Assembly (NCBI GenBank): GCA_025924715.1
Contig: JAICHV010000010.1
Location: 22,281-86,280, forward strand
Direction of reading: 5' to 3'
From: Alphaproteobacteria bacterium
GTDB lineage: Bacteria > Pseudomonadota > Alphaproteobacteria > Micropepsales > Micropepsaceae
Length of the DNA stretch: 64,000 bases
Numbering within the stretch: the stretch's first letter is position 1; each line of letters begins with the position of its first letter. A program made the position numbers and the translations under genes. This document shows, piece by piece, positions 59,023 through 64,000 of this stretch. Under the pieces are notes generated by a model. It had not been told where the DNA came from. It ran no database searches and was given only the letters and a program-made list of their open reading frames with translations.

Positions 59023-60291
59023 ATGACGGACACTGGACTCCCTGCCCGCAAGGCAGCACTTGCCATCCTGACCGCGGTGCTGCGTCAGCGACGGCCACTG
59101 GATGCCTTGCTGGATCCGCTGAAAGGCCTTGCGCCGCGCGATGCGGGTTTTGCCCGCGCCTTGGCGAGCGAGAGCCTGCGCCATTTCGGCGAGCTCGACG
59201 CAGTGATCCGCCAATGCGTGCCCAAACCCTTGGCACCGCACAAATCCGGCGCGGCGACGGAGATTCTCATTCTGGGGGCCTGCGAGCTTTTGATCCTTGG
59301 CGTGCCGGCCCATGCCGCGGTGGATGCGGCGAACAGGCTGGCGGCGGCGGACAACAAGGCGGTGCATTTCAAGGCCTTGATCAATGCGGTGCTGCGGCGG
59401 GTATCGCGCGAGGGCGAGGGTTTGCGCGCCGGGCTGGATGCGGCGCGGCTCAACACCCCCGATTGGCTGTGGCAGCGTTGGACGGCGCAATATGGCGAAG
59501 AGACCGCGCGGCGGATTGCGCAGGCCAATCAGCGCCAGGCGCCGGTGGACATTACGATCAAGGCCGGTGCCGCGAGTCCCGACAGCACCGCGCTGTTCGG
59601 CGAGGCGCGGCGGCTGACCACGGAGGACGCCATCGAGGAGCTGCCCGGCTTCGCAAGCGGGGACTGGTGGGTACAGGATGCGGCCGCGAGCCTGCCGGCG
59701 CTGTTGCTGGGAGAGGTGCGCGGCAAGACGGTGATCGATCTTTGTGCCGCACCGGGCGGCAAGACCATGCAATTGGCATCGCGCGGCGCGACGGTGATCG
59801 CGGTCGAGCGCGACGCCGGCCGCCTGGCTCGCGTCGCCGACAATCTGGCGCGCACCAAGCTGACCGCCGAACTGGTGGCGGGCGATGCGCGCGATGTCAG
59901 CCGGACCGCACCGCTGGTTCTGATCGATGCACCCTGCACGGCCACCGGCACCGTCCGCCGCCATCCCGATCTGCCCTGGATCAAGGGTGCCGCCGATGTG
60001 AATGCTTGCGCGCTGGGCGCATATGAAATCCTGGAAAGCGGCGCGGCGATGGTCGAGCCCGGCGGTACGCTGGTCTTCGCGGTGTGCTCCCTGGAACGCG
60101 AAGAAGGTGAGGAGCAGATCGAATATTTCTTACAGGCCCATCCGGAATTCACCCGCGCATCTATCACTGCCGATGAGGTGTTCGGCCATGACGAATGGGT
60201 CACGCCCGAAGGCGATTTGCGCACGCTACCGTTTCAGATCGAGGGCGGGATGGACGGATTCTATGCGGCACGGTTGGTTCGAAACGCTTAA
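59023..60291 (+). CDS. rsmB: RsmB/NOP RNA m5C methyltransferase with NusB-like N-terminus
   Basis: VQDAA, DLCAAPGGK, DAPCTATG, VCSL..EEGE. Confidence 0.9.
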   Translation: MTDTGLPARKAALAILTAVLRQRRPLDALLDPLKGLAPRDAGFARALASESLRHFGELDAVIRQCVPKPLAPHKSGAATEILILGACELLILGVPAHAAVDAANRLAAADNKAVHFKALINAVLRRVSREGEGLRAGLDAARLNTPDWLWQRWTAQYGEETARRIAQANQRQAPVDITIKAGAASPDSTALFGEARRLTTEDAIEELPGFASGDWWVQDAAASLPALLLGEVRGKTVIDLCAAPGGKTMQLASRGATVIAVERDAGRLARVADNLARTKLTAELVAGDARDVSRTAPLVLIDAPCTATGTVRRHPDLPWIKGAADVNACALGAYEILESGAAMVEPGGTLVFAVCSLEREEGEEQIEYFLQAHPEFTRASITADEVFGHDEWVTPEGDLRTLPFQIEGGMDGFYAARLVRNA

Positions 60292-60297
60292 ACTCAG

Positions 60298-60398
60298 TGT
60301 CATGGCCCACCTGGTGTGGGCCATCCAGGTGAACCGCGTAAAATTCCATCAGGAGAGGTTGTGACACACCTGGATGGCCCGCATTCGCGGGCATGACA
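60298..60398. repeat. REP-like inverted doublet (GTCATGGCC...GGCCATCCA family)
   Basis: tgtcatggcccac..gtgggccatccaggtg ... cacctggatggcccgc..gcgggcatgaca. Confidence 0.75.
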
Positions 60399-60524
60399 AT
60401 GAAAATGATTTTGGCGAGAGGACAATTTTGTCCGCCTCAGCGGCCGTCTTTCAGCGGTCGGTTTGCTGTCGCAAGGCGGTAGCGGTGGTGTTTATCCCTG
60501 ATTATAATGTTGAGGGGAAAAGAC

Positions 60525-61235
60525 ATGCGACATGCGCCTAAAAGATTTGGTTTGCTCCAACGGCTCGCCTTGTCCGTTGCGCTGCTTTTTCCAATGTTGC
60601 TTCCGGCCGCCGCTCAAGATGCGAGCTGCATGAGCCCAGGCAGGGTGGTGAAGCCTGTTTTACAAACACATACGATAATTCCTTATCCGACCGCCTCGCA
60701 GTGGGCGGAGGAGCAGGGGTTTACTATCGTCGCAGTCGATATCGCAATGGACGGTATGCCCGTGACTATCACGGTTAAACAGTCCAGCGGGGCAACGCGG
60801 CTCGACGAAGCTGCGGTGGAATATATTAAGGCACACTGGCAGTGGGAACCGCCAATGCAGGATTGCAAGCCAGCAACGGCACAGGTGCTGATTCGGGTAG
60901 GGTGGGCTTTGGGCTTTCCGCCGAGGACGAAGTTGGGCCTGACCATGCCTGTCTCGGCCTATCCCCCCGGCGCAATACAGGCGTTCGAGAGCGGTGACAC
61001 TTATCTTACCGTGACTATTGATGATGCGGGTTCGATCACCGACGGAAAAATCGCTTACAGCAGTGGCTTTCCTGATCTTGACAGCAAGGCGCTGGAAGTT
61101 CTGAAAGCATCCGCCGGCGTCATGAAAGGCAAAGCGACGGGATCGCAGAATTTGCTGGTGCGCTGGCTGTTACCACCCGGGACATTGCCGCCCGATTTTG
61201 AGGACTTGCGGCTGCAGGCTGAACGGCTACGTTGA
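60525..61235 (+). CDS. Exported protein with tandem TonB C-terminal-like domains
   Basis: Signal peptide; YP...QG...QSSG..RLDEAA and YP...SG...YSSG..DLDSKA; visibly lower GC than its neighbours. Confidence 0.75.
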   Translation: MRHAPKRFGLLQRLALSVALLFPMLLPAAAQDASCMSPGRVVKPVLQTHTIIPYPTASQWAEEQGFTIVAVDIAMDGMPVTITVKQSSGATRLDEAAVEYIKAHWQWEPPMQDCKPATAQVLIRVGWALGFPPRTKLGLTMPVSAYPPGAIQAFESGDTYLTVTIDDAGSITDGKIAYSSGFPDLDSKALEVLKASAGVMKGKATGSQNLLVRWLLPPGTLPPDFEDLRLQAERLR

Positions 61236-61336
61236 TCAGCTATCGGCCGGGATATGCTTGGGTAGGTTTGGCTCACCCATGCTGGCAGAGAAAAAAGTAG
61301 GGCGGATAGGCTGGCAGAGCGCGCGGTGAGGAGTGA

Positions 61337-63394
61337 TTACAACCGTCCCAACGCATAAGCGATGGCCAGATAGATTTTCCCTGTATCAGCCGACAGCATG
61401 GTGGAGGCGAGAAGCCCGCCGCCATCGCCTTCACGGGCTCGGCTGAGCAAGGATTCGAATTCCGCCAGATACATCTCCGCCGCGTCGTGAAAACGGTCGT
61501 CGTCCCGGTACAGGGTGGTGATACGGTTGATGGCAGTGTCGTCGATCACCAGGGCGAGCTTGCGGGCGAACACGCTGCGGTCGCCGGCCAGATAACGCTT
61601 CCAATCGTCATTGCCGGGTGCGGCGTCGGCGCTGATCGCTTCCAGATCCACCGCCATGTCGGCCAGCGCCATTTCCAGCGCGCCCAGGGCGGCGGCGCTG
61701 CCGGCGGCCAGGGGCTGGGCCTGTTCCTGGGTTTCGACCGCCGCCAGAAGCGTTTTCATTTCCCAGGTCTTGCCGCTGCTTTCGCTGCGCGGATCGCCGC
61801 GCAAGTCGGTGGTGCGCTTGGGCCGCTGAGTCAGCTTGCGCGCGAGGCCCTTCAGCCCTTCCGGCTCCGCCGGCTGTTCCGGCGCCGCTGCGGCGGCGGG
61901 GGTGGGCGCGCGGCCCTGGGCGGCGCGTTGATGGATGGTGGAAATGGTGCGCGCCGACAGGTCCAGCATCTGGTCGGTTTCGTGCTGCACCATATGGCGG
62001 ATGCGCTGCGCCTCGCCCTGCGCCACCGTGGGCAGGCGGGTCAGATGATGCTCCACTTCCTCGATCGCCTTGGCGAGGGTGGTGCGGATCTGGTTGGCTT
62101 CGGCGCTCATCTCGCCAGCGGCGCGCAGCAGGCGTTCGCATTCGGCCATCGCTTCGCCAACCAAAGCGCGGGCGTCATGCTTGGCCTGGGCCGCGCTTTC
62201 GCCGATCAGGGTCTGTGCGCCCGAGCCGGCATCGCGCAAGGTGGCGATCAGGGTGTTGAGCACGGAGCTGGCGGCGTCGGAGGATTCCTTCAGCCGCTCC
62301 GCCTCGCGCGAGAAGGCGGTGGTGAGCTGGCTGGCGCGGCTGGCGGCATTGGCCATGATCAATTCCAGATGTCGTTCGGCATCGCCGGTGACCAATTCAA
62401 AGCGCTTGGCCTCGCCGCCCAAGGCTCCGATCGCCTGTTCCATCCCGGCGCGCTGTTGCGACAAGGCGCTTTCGAACAAGGCGCTGTCTTCTTTCAGCCG
62501 GCTCAGCAGATCGCCCATCGCGACGCGGTGTTTTTCCTGCCGCGCCAAAACAAATTCGGCCCGCGCCAAAGCCGCGTCGGAAACGGTTTCGATTTTCTTG
62601 GCTTGCTGGTCGAGCTTGACCGCGGCGTCATGCGGCGCCTCGGAAGCCGCGTTGGCGGCGGCGCGGAAGCTGGCCGCCTGCACGTCCAGCGATTGCGCCG
62701 CCATCTTGAGCGAACCTTCGGCGGTCTCGATGGTGGCTTTGAGCTGCGCGGCGCGGCCCGCCACGGCCTCGGCGGCACGGGAAGCGGAATCCGAAAGCTG
62801 ATCGCTGAGATTTTCCACCCGCTGGGTTTCTTGGCCCAGCCGCGCGGCAATGGCTTCGCCGCGCACTTCGACCCTCGCCCCGGCTTCGTCCAAAGCGGCG
62901 ACCTGATTTTCCAGCGAAGTCTCCAGCGCCCTGAGGCGCCCGAAGGCGCCGTCCAAGCCGGCATTGAGCGCGTCCAATTCCCGCCGCACCGCCCGGCCGA
63001 GCCGGGCCGCCGTGCGCGCGACGCTTTCATCGGCGGCGAACAACCGCTCGGCCGAGGCAATCATCGCTTCCGACGTCCGCCCCAGGCTGCTGGCGCGGGC
63101 CAGCATCACCGCCATGGCCATGAACAGCAGCGGCGGCAGGACCACGGCGGCGCTGAACAAAGCGATCTGCTGCACGTCCAGGGTGAGAAGCGCCTGGGGG
63201 CCAAACCGGCCCAAAAGATAAGCGCCCCAGACCCCGATCCAGAAGGCGCTGACCAAAGTGGCAACGACGGTCACGACGATGCCGAACCGCGAACGGGCGG
63301 GGGGGATAAATTGCGGCTCGGATCTGAGGCCGGGCTCGGTCTCATTGGCCGGCTGCAGCAGCACCGGGGTATTGCGGTCGAAAATCGTCGCCAT
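61337..63394 (-). CDS. Membrane-anchored coiled-coil polar landmark protein (TipN-like)
   Basis: Two N-terminal TM helices, long Ala-rich coiled coil, C-terminal W.RY..GDR.VF...Y..EFE.LL...GKIY domain. Confidence 0.7.
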   Translation of the reverse strand: MATIFDRNTPVLLQPANETEPGLRSEPQFIPPARSRFGIVVTVVATLVSAFWIGVWGAYLLGRFGPQALLTLDVQQIALFSAAVVLPPLLFMAMAVMLARASSLGRTSEAMIASAERLFAADESVARTAARLGRAVRRELDALNAGLDGAFGRLRALETSLENQVAALDEAGARVEVRGEAIAARLGQETQRVENLSDQLSDSASRAAEAVAGRAAQLKATIETAEGSLKMAAQSLDVQAASFRAAANAASEAPHDAAVKLDQQAKKIETVSDAALARAEFVLARQEKHRVAMGDLLSRLKEDSALFESALSQQRAGMEQAIGALGGEAKRFELVTGDAERHLELIMANAASRASQLTTAFSREAERLKESSDAASSVLNTLIATLRDAGSGAQTLIGESAAQAKHDARALVGEAMAECERLLRAAGEMSAEANQIRTTLAKAIEEVEHHLTRLPTVAQGEAQRIRHMVQHETDQMLDLSARTISTIHQRAAQGRAPTPAAAAAPEQPAEPEGLKGLARKLTQRPKRTTDLRGDPRSESSGKTWEMKTLLAAVETQEQAQPLAAGSAAALGALEMALADMAVDLEAISADAAPGNDDWKRYLAGDRSVFARKLALVIDDTAINRITTLYRDDDRFHDAAEMYLAEFESLLSRAREGDGGGLLASTMLSADTGKIYLAIAYALGRL

Positions 63395-63524
63395 TGGCTA
63401 AAGACCCTTTGGCGCGAGGATAATTTAATTCTGTTTTTGGCGCAAAGCGTAAGCCTCGGAATAATCGTTAAGATTCGCGATTAACCGGGTTTTAGCGGCG
63501 CGGCCTCATGATCGCCGGTGGGGC

Positions 63525-63887
63525 TTGCTTTTGCGGAACTTTCGTTTGTCCAACGCGCCGATCGATATGGACCATCTGGCCCGCTACACCGGCGGGGAGA
63601 GGGCGCTCAACGCCGAAATCCTGCGGCTGTTCGACGGCCAGGTCACCGAAATGGTGGCGCAATTGACCGCGCTTTTGTCCCAGCGCGACGCCAAGCGCTG
63701 GCGGGAAATCACCCATACCATCAAGGGCGCCGCCCGCGGGGTGGGCGCTTTCGGCATGGGCGAGGCGGCCGCCGCCGCCGAGCCGGTCGATCCGGCCAAT
63801 GGCGAAAAAGCCCGGGCCGCGATCCAAACCCTGCAAGGCGAGGCCGATACGGTGCGCGCCTTCATCCAGAACTACCTGGCGGCCTGA
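63525..63887 (+). CDS. Single-domain Hpt phosphotransfer protein
   Basis: ID..HL.RYTGG, HTIKGAARGVGA; start uncertain (63525 or 63567). Confidence 0.88.
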   Translation: MLLRNFRLSNAPIDMDHLARYTGGERALNAEILRLFDGQVTEMVAQLTALLSQRDAKRWREITHTIKGAARGVGAFGMGEAAAAAEPVDPANGEKARAAIQTLQGEADTVRAFIQNYLAA

Positions 63888-64000
63888 ACCGAGCTTTGGG
63901 TTCGCCCCCGCCCTTGTCCGCATTCAGCGTGAGACTATAAGTCCGGCCCTGCCGACGGGCCCTTGTTGCGGCCGCATAGGTTTTTACATATAACCTCGGT

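Noticed and set aside
1-64000. tRNA, rRNA, CRISPR array, IS element or prophage
   Set aside because: None recognised by eye; the intergenic gaps are short and explained by promoters, terminators or palindromic repeats. An Infernal/tRNAscan run would be needed to exclude small RNAs

Overview
High-GC alphaproteobacterial chromosome. The gene content and order are Caulobacter-like; the exact taxon cannot be fixed from sequence alone. About 1-23 kb is a flagellar locus: flgI, a FlgJ-type rod-binding protein, a FlgN/FlbY-like protein, a 937-aa FlaEY-like beta-propeller protein, two short sigma54-driven flagellins, flaF and flbT. Two TPR + glycosyltransferase (FlmG/FlbA-type) genes bracket an unusual putative flagellin-glycan island: SpsF-PseG fusion, short NeuB, two methyltransferases, a sulfotransferase, a split transketolase, an SDR, an ATP-grasp ligase and a GH57-like protein. 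About 23.5-27 kb holds a circularly permuted ATP-grasp / alpha-E / transglutaminase operon. The rest is mostly housekeeping (hemD, tsaD, xth, hisF, holA, lptE, leuS, porin, yggS, class A PBP, coq7, gluQ, hisE, lnt, ybeY, phoH, miaB, fur, rimI, tsaB, nfu, htpX, rsmB, TipN-like, Hpt). Several families of palindromic intergenic repeats are present, one with a copy inside a coding sequence. I saw no rRNA, tRNA, CRISPR array, transposase or integrase. All product calls come from motif recognition by eye, not database searches. Many starts were adjusted by hand from the ORF track.
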